Sequence record: DRR723986_4014
DNA: 64,000 nucleotides
Direction: 5' to 3' (one strand)
Positions 7,692 to 18,200 of the stretch are shown piece by piece (position 1 is the stretch's first letter; each line of letters begins with the position of its first letter). The position numbers were made by a program, and so were the translations under genes. The notes below the pieces were generated by a model. It was not told the origin of the DNA. It saw nothing but the letters and a program-made list of their open reading frames with translations, and ran no database searches.

Positions 7692-8927
7692 GTGGCAATT
7701 GACGTATCGAATCTGCCCGAAGAACTAGCAACCATCAATGAGCGCGAGCCACGCGAAGCACTCGATATCCTCCTACAACATGCGGTTGCAGCCGGAGCCA
7801 GTGATTTATTCTTCCACGCAAACCCTGGACACTACATGGTGTCCATGCGTCTCATGGGGACGGTTCAACAACTGGTAGTCTTGTCAGGCGATCTTGGCGT
7901 ACAAGCGGTAAACTTGATCAAGTCATCCGCCGGAATGGATTTGTCCGAAAAACGTGCACCGCTCGATGGACGATGGAATCATCAACTTGACGGAAAGAGC
8001 ATCAGCTTTCGGATTGGCAGCCTAGCAACACTGCACGGCGAAGATATTGTCCTCCGGCTACTACCTATCGCTGAAAAGAATTTACAACTTGAAGAGCTTG
8101 GGTTTGTCGGTGATCAGTTTGCAAACCTTCGTTCTATGCTCAACTGCGGCAGTGGTCTACTGCTGGTAACTGGGCCAACTGGTGCCGGGAAATCTACTAC
8201 GCTCTATGCTTGCCTAGACTACTTGAACGATGGTAAGCGAACGATCAATACACTCGAAGATCCAATCGAACACGTAATTCGCGGAGTGCGACAAAGCCAA
8301 GTCAACCCCAAGATGGGGCTCGGGTTCTTGGAGCTTTTACGCGGCGTGTTGCGTCAGAGTCCTGATGTCATCATGGTTGGCGAAGTGCGGGACGAAGAAA
8401 CCGCCAAGACGGCCGTGCGTGCGGCTAATAGCGGGCACCTTGTCCTGGCGACGTTGCACAGCCCACTTGCCGCCGGCGCGATACAGAGCATGCTAGCGTT
8501 CGGCGTAAACCCTTACTTCCTCAGCAACTGCTTGTTAGGTATCGTCGCCCAGAGACTGATCCGGAAGCTCAATCCGGAAACTCGTCAGATGTTTGATGTC
8601 AGTCACTCGCCAGAGACGTTCGACGAGGTAAGGGGCTACCTAGAAACTGGTCAAGGAAACGTGATCTATGGCCCAGACGAGAACGACTCCACCAGTCAAG
8701 ACGGCTACATCGCTCAAATGGGACTCTTTGAAATCCTGGCGGTTGATCCGAACATCAAAGAGCTGGTAGCGTCTTCGGCAGGAGTGTCGGAGATCCATGC
8801 TGCTGCACGCGGTAAGGGAATGCTGGACTTCAGCCGGGCTGCCCTGCTGAAGGTTGCCCAGGGGCAGACGGGTGTAGAAGAAATGAGCCGCGTGATTCCG
8901 ACGCTTGAGCTCGCCGAGTACGAGTAG
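7692..8927 (+). CDS. GspE/PilB-family secretion ATPase (short form)
   Basis: ASDLFF, Walker A GPTGAGKSTT, Asp box TLEDPIE, LRQSPDVIMVGEVRD, His box GHLVLATLH. Confidence 0.92.
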   Translation: MAIDVSNLPEELATINEREPREALDILLQHAVAAGASDLFFHANPGHYMVSMRLMGTVQQLVVLSGDLGVQAVNLIKSSAGMDLSEKRAPLDGRWNHQLDGKSISFRIGSLATLHGEDIVLRLLPIAEKNLQLEELGFVGDQFANLRSMLNCGSGLLLVTGPTGAGKSTTLYACLDYLNDGKRTINTLEDPIEHVIRGVRQSQVNPKMGLGFLELLRGVLRQSPDVIMVGEVRDEETAKTAVRAANSGHLVLATLHSPLAAGAIQSMLAFGVNPYFLSNCLLGIVAQRLIRKLNPETRQMFDVSHSPETFDEVRGYLETGQGNVIYGPDENDSTSQDGYIAQMGLFEILAVDPNIKELVASSAGVSEIHAAARGKGMLDFSRAALLKVAQGQTGVEEMSRVIPTLELAEYE

Positions 8928-9082
8928 CCTTGGCCAGCGATGTGCGATGCATGACAATAGGCGCGAGAACGACGCGGGCTGCCCCTCCCTCGCCCGTACG
9001 AATGTTCGCCACAAGCTGCACTTGCCTATCACTCCCAACTACCTAGTCCCACCGCCGATTCGCGAAGCCTGGAAAGGCCAAT

Positions 9083-10369
9083 ATGTCTTTAATCTTTAGC
9101 CGTGGCAGTACGGATGCTGTGCTTTCAACCGCCGACTTTCGCGAGGCGCTTCAAGCGGTCTTTGAAGCCGGAGGTCAGCCGCAAAAAGTGCTTGCGTTGC
9201 CCCCGGACCACACACGATCCGACAGCCGTGCTGGCGAACTGACACGAATCGCTCACGAACTGCTTGGTAGCCGACTAACGGATGTGATGCCAGCTCTGGG
9301 CACCCACGAGGCGATGAACGAAGATGAGCTGAACTACATGTTCGGTGATCTGCCTCGTGATTTGATTCGTGTTCACGATTGGCAAAATGACGTAGCAACA
9401 CTTGGCGAAGTCGATGCTGAGTTTGTCAAGACAGCGACAGAAGGGGCCTACGACCAACCATGGAAGGCACAGGTCAACAAGATGCTTGTCGAGGGAGGGC
9501 ACGACATGATCCTCTCCTTAGGGCAAGTCGTTCCGCACGAAGTTATCGGAATGGCGAACTATAACAAGAATGTGTTCGTCGGCACCGGCGGCTCAGATGG
9601 GATCAACGAAAGCCATTACCTGAGCGCGCTGTTCGGGATGGAACGCATCATGGGCCGATGTGACACTCCACTGCGCCGTATCCTGAACGAGGCGCAGGAT
9701 CGCTTCTGCCAGAACATGCCGTTGTACTATGTTCTGACTGTCGTCGACTCACTGCCTAGTGGCGAGAAGGTGGTTCGTGGATTATTCGCAGGTACTGGTC
9801 ATGACGTTTTCGAAGAGGCCGGGGCGTTGGCGGCCAAGGTGAACTGCTTCATCGTCGAGAAAGCACCCAAGACGGTGGTGGTAACGATGAATCCCGCCAA
9901 GTACAAACGCACTTGGATCGCCAACAAAGCAATATATCGCACCCGAATGTTGATTGCCGACGGTGGGCAATTGGTTGTGATTGCGCCCGGTGTGAAGACT
10001 TTCGGCGAGAGCAAGGGCGTCGACGACTTGATCAGGAAATACGGTTACCGAACGACGCCAGAGGTTCTCAAGTTTGTCGAAGAGAACACAGATTTGCAAT
10101 CAAGCCTCGGGGCTGCTGCACACCTGATTCACGGCACGCCTGATGGACGATTTGGTGTGGTCTATGCTCCCGGCGAGCTTACCCAAGAAGAGATCGAATC
10201 GGTCGGATACCAATACGGCGACTGGCGGGAGCTATCGAGCCGTTACAAGACTGATGGTCTCGTCGAAGGCTGGCACACAACGGACGATGGCGAAGAATAT
10301 TACTTCATATCAGATCCTGGACTTGGACTCTGGAGCCGCGCCGACCATCCTTATGCACCGGGTACCTAG
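9083..10369 (+). CDS. LarA-family (lactate-racemase-like, DUF2088) epimerase/racemase
   Basis: PPDHTR, ALGTH, VVPHEV, YNKN, ESH and NKAIY correspond to LarA D/H/H/K/H/K active-site positions. Confidence 0.8.
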   Translation: MSLIFSRGSTDAVLSTADFREALQAVFEAGGQPQKVLALPPDHTRSDSRAGELTRIAHELLGSRLTDVMPALGTHEAMNEDELNYMFGDLPRDLIRVHDWQNDVATLGEVDAEFVKTATEGAYDQPWKAQVNKMLVEGGHDMILSLGQVVPHEVIGMANYNKNVFVGTGGSDGINESHYLSALFGMERIMGRCDTPLRRILNEAQDRFCQNMPLYYVLTVVDSLPSGEKVVRGLFAGTGHDVFEEAGALAAKVNCFIVEKAPKTVVVTMNPAKYKRTWIANKAIYRTRMLIADGGQLVVIAPGVKTFGESKGVDDLIRKYGYRTTPEVLKFVEENTDLQSSLGAAAHLIHGTPDGRFGVVYAPGELTQEEIESVGYQYGDWRELSSRYKTDGLVEGWHTTDDGEEYYFISDPGLGLWSRADHPYAPGT

Positions 10370-10503
10370 GGCGGCAAGGACTGCGCCGACTACAACCGGT
10401 CTGGCTCGTCTCCGGCGTAGTGGTCCCTTACTCGAGTCAGTGCGTGGTTGGGTGAGGCAGGTCGGGACGACGATCTGTTGGTCTAGTTAGGAGTCAGCCT
10501 GCA

Positions 10504-12438
10504 ATGAATAGACCACTGCTTCTCCTGTGGGCACTGATCGCTGTTTGCTCGGTGGCTCTGACTATGCTCGCGTGGATGTGGAATTCACAGCACACAGTCG
10601 CCGCGGAGCAACGCGGCGAGGAAATTCTAGCGACCCAACTCGCCGAGCCAGCCCGTCGGATCGAAGAAGTCTTCGTGGGCTATGACCAGGCATTCGAGAA
10701 GGACTTCGCAAGCGCCAAACTTGAGAGTACCGCCGAGTGCATGCGACTCGCTCGTTTGGCAACCGTTCAAATGCTGGTCGTCGTAGACGCTTCAAACAAC
10801 TTGGTGTACCCAACGCCTACCTCGTTTCGCAGCGAGAGCGAGGCGATGTTGCTGGCGGAAGCACTTGAGTTGCTGCGGGAATTCGACGACCCGCGTCCGA
10901 AGCGCCCCGCGGCTACGACGATTCCTGGTAAAGATGCTAGTTCTGACGACGCAGCTATTGCGATCGGCAATCTGTCCGATGGCAATGAACGACAAACGCA
11001 ACTAGCTAAAAGTCAAGCGACGAGTGCCGGTGCCGGAGATCGCAATGAGTCTTTGGATGGTGTTCGGTTTCGCACCTATGGCAATCGCGCACCGAGAACC
11101 GCCCCAACTCGGCAGCAGGTTGGATCCTCCGATCAGGCGGCGGAGGCGGACAGCGCGACGGATCCAAAGCAAACAAATAACGACTCAGGCGACTATCGTG
11201 AACTCACAAGCGACGCGCAAGAGGGCCGAGCGAACTCGCAGGAGGAGTTTAGCCCGACTGTTGGCTGGGTGACCTGGTACCACCGACGCGGAATGATGCT
11301 GGGTTACCTCGCCGGGGATCCAGGGGGATACCGTTGTCTGGCCATCATGCCCAGTGCGCGATGGTTGGCGGATGTAATCGCAGGCTTACCAAGTTCTGAG
11401 GATGCCACACCACCGACGCCGTTTGGGGGGCCCAATGAAAAACTGAACGCCGGTGCATCTCCGTTCGAAGGTTGCCTGATTCAGTTGTCGGACGTCGAGG
11501 GGAAGGTTGTTTATCAATGGAGTATTGATGGTTCTCCCGAGACCTTCGAGGCTGAACTGCCACACAGCGTGCAGCAGCCACTCGCTGCCCCTCTGGAGGG
11601 CTGGCGTTTGCGATTGCAAGCACCGGAGCGAGTGTGGGCGACTATATCTGCAGGGCAAGACTCGCGAGTTGTTTGGCTGGGCATAGTCGGCCTAGTGGCT
11701 GCAATGACCGCAGTTGGTGTGCTCATTACGTTGAATTTCAACCGTGCCGTTGAGCTTGCGAAGCGTAGGGTTTCATTCGTGAATCAAGTTTCACATGAAC
11801 TGCGAACTCCGCTAACAAATATCCGGATGTATGCAGACTTGCTTGAACGTGAGATTGACCAGGAGCCCCAGTCAACCAAACTAGGGGTGATTCGGAACGA
11901 GGCACGGCGACTCGGACGACTCATCGACAACGTTCTCCTGTTTGCCAAAGCCGGGAAATCGCGTCTTGAGCTGAAACCTACGCTATGCGACATCGACCGC
12001 ATCATTACGGAGGTGGTCGATACGTTCCGACCACGGCTCGACGATGCTGTGATGGAGATCAATTTGGATTTGCAAGTTGGGCAGATGCTACCCGTTGATG
12101 GTGTTGTCTTGGAACAGTTGATGGTAAACCTGATTGCAAACGCCGAGAACTATGCCGCGGAAGGGAAACGGATCGACATTTCATCGCGGCTGGTTGATTC
12201 GTCAGTTCAAGTCGCCGTACGTGACTATGGCATGGGAGTACCGGCCAAATTGCGAGAGCGAATCTTTCAGCCCTTTTACAGAAGCAGTGACCGAATCGAC
12301 GCGCCGTCAGGGACTGGTATCGGGCTGACAATCGTTCGAGAGTTGGCGGAATTGCACGGTGGCAGTTGTCACTTAAGCGACACGTCGCCCGGGGCTGAGT
12401 TTGTCGTGCAACTGGCATTGCAAACCGATGCAACATAA
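10504..12438 (+). CDS. Membrane sensor histidine kinase
   Basis: Two TM segments; H box SHELRTPLTNI; N box NLIANA; DYGMG and GTGIGL. Confidence 0.93.
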   Translation: MNRPLLLLWALIAVCSVALTMLAWMWNSQHTVAAEQRGEEILATQLAEPARRIEEVFVGYDQAFEKDFASAKLESTAECMRLARLATVQMLVVVDASNNLVYPTPTSFRSESEAMLLAEALELLREFDDPRPKRPAATTIPGKDASSDDAAIAIGNLSDGNERQTQLAKSQATSAGAGDRNESLDGVRFRTYGNRAPRTAPTRQQVGSSDQAAEADSATDPKQTNNDSGDYRELTSDAQEGRANSQEEFSPTVGWVTWYHRRGMMLGYLAGDPGGYRCLAIMPSARWLADVIAGLPSSEDATPPTPFGGPNEKLNAGASPFEGCLIQLSDVEGKVVYQWSIDGSPETFEAELPHSVQQPLAAPLEGWRLRLQAPERVWATISAGQDSRVVWLGIVGLVAAMTAVGVLITLNFNRAVELAKRRVSFVNQVSHELRTPLTNIRMYADLLEREIDQEPQSTKLGVIRNEARRLGRLIDNVLLFAKAGKSRLELKPTLCDIDRIITEVVDTFRPRLDDAVMEINLDLQVGQMLPVDGVVLEQLMVNLIANAENYAAEGKRIDISSRLVDSSVQVAVRDYGMGVPAKLRERIFQPFYRSSDRIDAPSGTGIGLTIVRELAELHGGSCHLSDTSPGAEFVVQLALQTDAT

Positions 12439-12457
12439 AAGCGTGGGGACAAGTTCG

Positions 12458-12724
12458 ATGGGCAATCTTAAAAGTTCAAAGGCGATCTGGATAAAGGGGA
12501 TTCTGTTCGCACTACTAAGCGTTTTGGCTAGCGGACTGTTGATCGCTCGTCATCCAGAAGTGCAAACGGTACTATTGCTCGGCATCGTTATCTGGTCGGC
12601 ATGTCGAGCGTACTATTTTGCGTTCTATGTAGTTGAAAACTACGTAGATCCCGAGTTCCGATTCTCTCGGCTGACCGATTTCATGCTCTACGCCCTGTTT
12701 GGAAAGATACCTGACCGAAGATAG
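12458..12724 (+). CDS. Small conserved-looking membrane protein
   Basis: ATG at 12458; two TM segments; RAYYFAFYVVENYVDP. Confidence 0.7.
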   Translation: MGNLKSSKAIWIKGILFALLSVLASGLLIARHPEVQTVLLLGIVIWSACRAYYFAFYVVENYVDPEFRFSRLTDFMLYALFGKIPDRR

Positions 12725-12856
12725 GATACCTTGCGAATGCTTAAACGCCCTGACAATGCACGGCCAGTGTAGAATGTCCGAAATAGCTTGAACTCGGCAT
12801 TGCACGCACTCGCATCGAACTATCTCAAGTCTCGGCAATCGTGGAGAAGGAATCGT

Positions 12857-13891
12857 ATGTTCACACTGCTCGCTCCATTTCGAAGTAGGTCTTTTGGGCT
12901 TTCTACCGTTGCATGCTTAGTGCTCGCTGTGCAGAACGGAATGACCACCATGGCTTCTGCCCAGGAGACAGTCTCGCAGAATGAGCCGGAACAGTGGGCG
13001 ATCAGCCTTGCTTGGCTTGATGATGAAACCGTTGTGTACACCGCGTCCGGCGGATCACACTTCCAGCCTGGCCTAGTGGTCAAGATGGACGTTGCGAGCG
13101 GGAAGACCGAGACGGTTGGCGAAGCGGATTGTTCACTGTGGGCGTTGACGCGGGCTGATGACAGTACGTTCGTCGCCTGCGACTACCGTGGCAATCTGTA
13201 CACCGTAGACAGCGCTGTCACAAAGCTACCGGTTACCCTTTCCTGGTCGCGAGCAATAGAGTCAGTAGGAAGTCAGCGGATCGTCGTCGGGACGCAGGAC
13301 GGCAAGCTCAGCGTTGTGGATTTGAAAGAGCTGAAGGTCGTTGCTGAGCAGAAGCCTCATGATTCGCAGGTCATGCACCTGCAGTATGACGACTCCAGTG
13401 GTGAGCTGTTGAGCGTAGACGCGATTGGAAATCTTGTCAGATCGAAGGTGGACACGCTCGAGAAGGTTGTAGCTCGGAAGCTCAATGCGGAAGGGTTGTG
13501 GGCGTGCGCGACGAACGGGGCGGGCATTGTCGCTGGCGGAGCAGGTCGGGAGATTATCTTTTCAGCCAGCGACTTGAAGCAGTCCTTTACAGCAAACACC
13601 ACTTCGGATTGGATTTCGACGGCTGTCAAGATTGCTGACGCCGACTTGGTTTTGCTGGGCACGTTGAACGGTCACGTGGTTGTGTTCGATGCCAAGACTC
13701 TGCATCGAGTCTCGGAGACTCAAGTTGCCGAGAGCGGGATTTGGGATATGAAGCTATCGCCAGAGGGCAACTTCATCGCGATTGCAACTCGCAAACAAGG
13801 CGTCAAGGTTCTCGAAGTCGAACCACTGATCACCGATGCTAGTGCAGTCAAAGAAGCGGCGAAGAAGCTCCTGCCGCCAATGCCAGAGTAG
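12857..13891 (+). CDS. Secreted WD40/beta-propeller protein
   Basis: Signal-like N terminus; repeated blade motifs (GTQDGKLSVVD, GTLNGHVVVFD, WDMKLSPEG). Confidence 0.75.
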   Translation: MFTLLAPFRSRSFGLSTVACLVLAVQNGMTTMASAQETVSQNEPEQWAISLAWLDDETVVYTASGGSHFQPGLVVKMDVASGKTETVGEADCSLWALTRADDSTFVACDYRGNLYTVDSAVTKLPVTLSWSRAIESVGSQRIVVGTQDGKLSVVDLKELKVVAEQKPHDSQVMHLQYDDSSGELLSVDAIGNLVRSKVDTLEKVVARKLNAEGLWACATNGAGIVAGGAGREIIFSASDLKQSFTANTTSDWISTAVKIADADLVLLGTLNGHVVVFDAKTLHRVSETQVAESGIWDMKLSPEGNFIAIATRKQGVKVLEVEPLITDASAVKEAAKKLLPPMPE

Positions 13892-13918
13892 CGAGAATCT
13901 CGGTAGAGCAGTGCAGAA

Positions 13919-15127
13919 CTAGTGTCCCGCAATACGTTTGGGGCTGCCAGGGCGGTTGATTGAGTGGCTCTTGCCGTCGCGCTTCCCCTGATTCATTGCG
14001 GCAGGGTCATGCTGACTTCGCCCATAAGACGACGTAGAACGTAAGCGAATGTTACACTCCTTGCGAAGCCATTCACGTGATCGATTGTGAACGGTGAGAA
14101 GCCGCGTCGCAATGAGTTCCCGCTGCCTCTCGGATTCGGCATTGGCCACCGGGTCATAGTTGGACCGGTCGCTGCTCTTGGGTAGTCCAGCAACGTAGCC
14201 TTCGCAGTAAGAGGCTCCGCTTCCACGTGTATAACTCTTGTACTTCAACTGTGCGGCAGCGGCGATCGAAACAAGTAGCTCTTTGAAGAGTGTGATCGCG
14301 TTCTCGACATCACGAACAGGTCCATAGAACACAAACACGCGGCGATGCTTGTGATTGCTCAAAAAGTACTGGACAGTTGTCATTACTTCGTCGCAGATGT
14401 AGGTGCCAAGTGCCTTCTCCCAGGCGCAGGCTTTCTGGCCATTTAGGAAGCATTGCATCTTGGTGAATCGAAATGAATCATCTTCATCTTTTTCTTTGAC
14501 GTCTTCCCTGGATAGATTGTTGGCGAGCATCATCTGCTGCATCATCCGGATAGCATTCCGCTTCTCGGCTTCGGTACTGCCAGCGTTCTCCGCCGTTCGG
14601 TCCAGAGCCCGGAGTCGGCGAAGAATCTTGTCGAACTGCTCCTGACTCAGCTCTTGTTGCGGCTGGCCCGAATTACTTGCGCCGGTTCCGACGTTCCGCA
14701 ATGCGTTTGTATCGCTACTGTTGGGGGAAGTCCAATAGGCTCGCAGCACGTATTCATCGTCGTCAGCTACATTCCAGGTGTCGTGCACGGTGCGATTGAT
14801 GACCGCAAACACATGATTGCACCTTCCATCTGAGTGGCTCACATGGGCAATGACCACGCCATCAGGTAGTTTCTCACAGGAAAACCCGGTTAAATCGGCC
14901 GTGTGCTGCGTCCAACCGTCCTTGGATAGAAACTGGTGAAACACGTCAAGATTGACGCCATTTCGAGGCGTCTTGCGTGCCGCCTTCCCGAGTCGGTCGT
15001 AGATAGCCTTGTAAGCGGTGCCCGTCGCGATTGCCACTGATCGTGCACAGCAATCACCCGCATAGCCGACGTATCCAGCGGCCGCACGACCACCATCATT
15101 CCAGATAAACGCGGATGATTCAGCCAC
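13919..15127 (-). CDS. DUF2786-containing protein with an N-terminal putative papain-like (Cys-His-Asp) domain
   Basis: KILRRLRALDRTAENAGSTEAEKRNAIRMMQQMMLANNL resembles DUF2786; N terminus has GDCCARSVAIA...HVFAVINRTVHDTWN. Confidence 0.7.
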   Translation of the reverse strand: MAESSAFIWNDGGRAAAGYVGYAGDCCARSVAIATGTAYKAIYDRLGKAARKTPRNGVNLDVFHQFLSKDGWTQHTADLTGFSCEKLPDGVVIAHVSHSDGRCNHVFAVINRTVHDTWNVADDDEYVLRAYWTSPNSSDTNALRNVGTGASNSGQPQQELSQEQFDKILRRLRALDRTAENAGSTEAEKRNAIRMMQQMMLANNLSREDVKEKDEDDSFRFTKMQCFLNGQKACAWEKALGTYICDEVMTTVQYFLSNHKHRRVFVFYGPVRDVENAITLFKELLVSIAAAAQLKYKSYTRGSGASYCEGYVAGLPKSSDRSNYDPVANAESERQRELIATRLLTVHNRSREWLRKECNIRLRSTSSYGRSQHDPAAMNQGKRDGKSHSINRPGSPKRIAGH

Positions 15128-15211
15128 GACTATCCCTCACTGTATGTTTGAAACCAACCGATTGAAGAAGCGGCCGCACGCTTCAATCTTGAACCGGGAT
15201 GATTCAAACGG

Positions 15212-18200
15212 TCAAGTTACTGCGACTGGTTCGCCAAGCTTATCTAGCTCGATGATCCTTGCATTGGGCAATGATCGTCGGACTACGTCCAAGGATCGAG
15301 AGTGGCAACTGAAGAGTATGGTTTGGACGCGACTGTCCCAGTTCCCAAATGATTCGATTGCCGATTCCATTCGATCATCGTCGAAGTTTACCAAGCAATC
15401 ATCCATTAGAACAGGAAGCGGCTCGTGGGTTTCAGCGTACTGTTGGACGAAGGCCATGCGAAGTGCCAAGTAGAGCTGTTCGCGAGTCCCGGTGCTGAGT
15501 TCGCTGGGCCACTTTGTTGCCCCATCGGCTCGTCGTACGCTTACCTGTTGCGACTTAGCCGATTTGCCTTGCGGTTGATGTTCGACGCCGACATACTTGC
15601 CGCGTGTCAACTGAGAAAGATAGTGTTTGGATAGTTGCAACAACCTTGGCTCATTCTCCTTGGCATGGAGTGCCAACGCTCGCTCTGCAACGAACACCGC
15701 GGTGCGCTGAACCAGCCACTGTTGAGCAAGTTCGGCAAGCTCCGACCGAGCGTTCTGAATCGACTGAAGATGCTCGGCCGACGCGTCGGAGTTGGACATC
15801 TGTTTCAATTGCTCTGCAAGTTGTCCAGACTTGCGGTCCGACTCTTGACGCTGAACGTCAAGATCTGCGAGGACGCGGTTCAGGTCTTCGACTTCGAGTG
15901 TGGCCGCTGATTCGTCGAGCGATTCCATGTCTTCAACCGAAACGCCGGACGACTCAATTGCGGACCGGCACTGGGCGATCGTTGCCCGAAATTCTTCAGC
16001 GTGGATGATCGACTGCATCACTTTATCAACACTGCCAACCGAACCAACAGCGGTGGCGATCTCTGCCAGTTTTTCATCAAGCAGAGTAAGCGACTCATCA
16101 AGTTCCTTGATTGTTGCCTCACAGTGTTCCAGTTCAGTCGAAAGGCGAAGTCGCTCTTGGGAGTTGGAGCGGTCTTTCTGAATCGCCGACAGCCATTGTT
16201 TGGCCAGATCCTCCGGAGGTATCTTGGAATCAACGGCCGAAGCAGCGTCTTCGCTCAAAGTACTCGAAACATCCTTGATCGAATTCTCGAATGCAGTGAT
16301 CTGTTCGTTCAGCTCGGTCGCTTGACGCAAGGTGCGAATGTGAGTGTTCAGCTCATGAGCAGCCCGGTCGAGCGTTTCGGTCAGTGCATCGAAATCAGCG
16401 ATGTCCCAACTGCCGCCAATCGTGTGCTCCATCAACCATCGCGAGAATTTGTCTTCAATTTGCACGACCGCCCGCTCAAGTTCAACTGAACGTGCATTGT
16501 TGCGATTCTGCGATTCGAGAAACTTGGCAGATCGTCGGGTCAACTGTTGATACGACTCACGGATCCGCTGCCAATCATTAAGGGACGCAACACAATCTTC
16601 GATGTCGAACTCGTCGCGCAGAACCTCGGGCCAATGATCGATTATTGCGTCGCGACGACTTCGCAGTACGCTTTGACTTTGGAGCAGCTTGCGGGCGGCT
16701 TCATCGATGCGAAGTTGCGCTGCGCACCACCTCGAGTAGTGTTCGCTCCAGGCCGCGAGTTCGCGAAGTGTTGCTGAGCGTAGCGGCAGTGCCTTTGTGT
16801 GTTCCTCTACTTCCGCACGTAACGCAGCCAGTTGGGCTTCTATGTGAGACATTGCCTCGGCGCATTCGCCGAGCTGCTGCTCTTTGTCGGCGAGCACTGT
16901 CTGCTCGTGCTGAATCTTCGCAAGGGTCTTTGCCGAGAGTGTCAACTCAGAGTACGCGTCATCGATTGCAAGAAACAGACTCTGCAGTTCGCCGAGTCGC
17001 TGCGTTTGTTCTTCAGCATCCAGTGTCTGAGCGATCAGCGGCTGTGAGAGATCGTCGTTCCAGTTCTGCAGCAATTTGTCACGACGCGACCGCAATTCAT
17101 CGATTCTTTCCAGCAGTTTAGTGCCGGTCAAGTCGTCCGCCGATTGTTCACGGCCACGAAGGCTATCGATCTCTTGCGATAGGGCAGCGGATTGCTTCTT
17201 GGCAGCTTCACGTTCTTTTAAAAGTTCTGCTTCAGTGGACAGCGTCTGATCAAACCACTTTAGATCTGGGGTCGAGAACGACGCGAGCAGGATTTCACCC
17301 GGCCGGAGGAGCGATGACGCTTTTTCTTGAAGTTCGACGAATCCAGGATCGGAACCTCGGCCTCTCAAATCCGCTTCGCATTGCTTCACCTCTTGCTCTG
17401 CCGCAACACAATCCTGGACAAGGCGGCTCAGATGCGCCAGTTCCGTTTGCTCTGGTGCGAGTTCGGCAACGAAATCATCGTCCAGATGCTCCGAAGCGAC
17501 TTGATCGATGTCAACTGTCAGTCCAGAGTTGGATGTGTTCGATGCTTGAAGTTGCTCGATGAATGCTCGCTGCAACTCCGACAAACTCTGGTCGGCAGAG
17601 CGAATCTGATCGCGAAGCGCTTGGGCATCTCGCCTCAATTCTTGTACTTCGGCCGAAGCATCTTTCCAGTGTGAACGCTGTCGCTGAGAGACTTGCGGCA
17701 AAATATCCGGGGTGGCAAGCAGTGAATCTAACGGCAACTCCAATTCAACTGCCAGCCCGGCAAGCACCGTGCGCGACTTGCTCGCCCCGTCACTCGACTC
17801 AACAAGTTGCTTTCGCTTGAATTCGATGTCTGCAGCCTGGTGTCCGAGCCGCTCGATGGCGGGCGCCTGGCTACTCGTTCCTGTTGTCCGAGGAAGTTGG
17901 TTGAGTAACTTTTGCGTGTAGATCAGCTTCTTTGATAGTTCTTCTTTGCGTTCCGCAAGACTCTTGCGTCGCTTGCTGTACTCCTGCCAGTTGGCAACCG
18001 CCGTCCGGTCCACTCCATCGGGCACATCAGTATGCTTCAGTCGCTCGGTCGCCTCGCGTAGAGCACGAAGCTTCGGAAGAACACGAAGCTGTGCCTGTAG
18101 CCGTGCGCGGCGATGGAAGCTAGATTCATATCGCTCCCGAAGTTGTTTCGAAAGTCGCTGGGTTTCTGCGATCTCAACGCGCAGATTGTTGATCGCCGTG

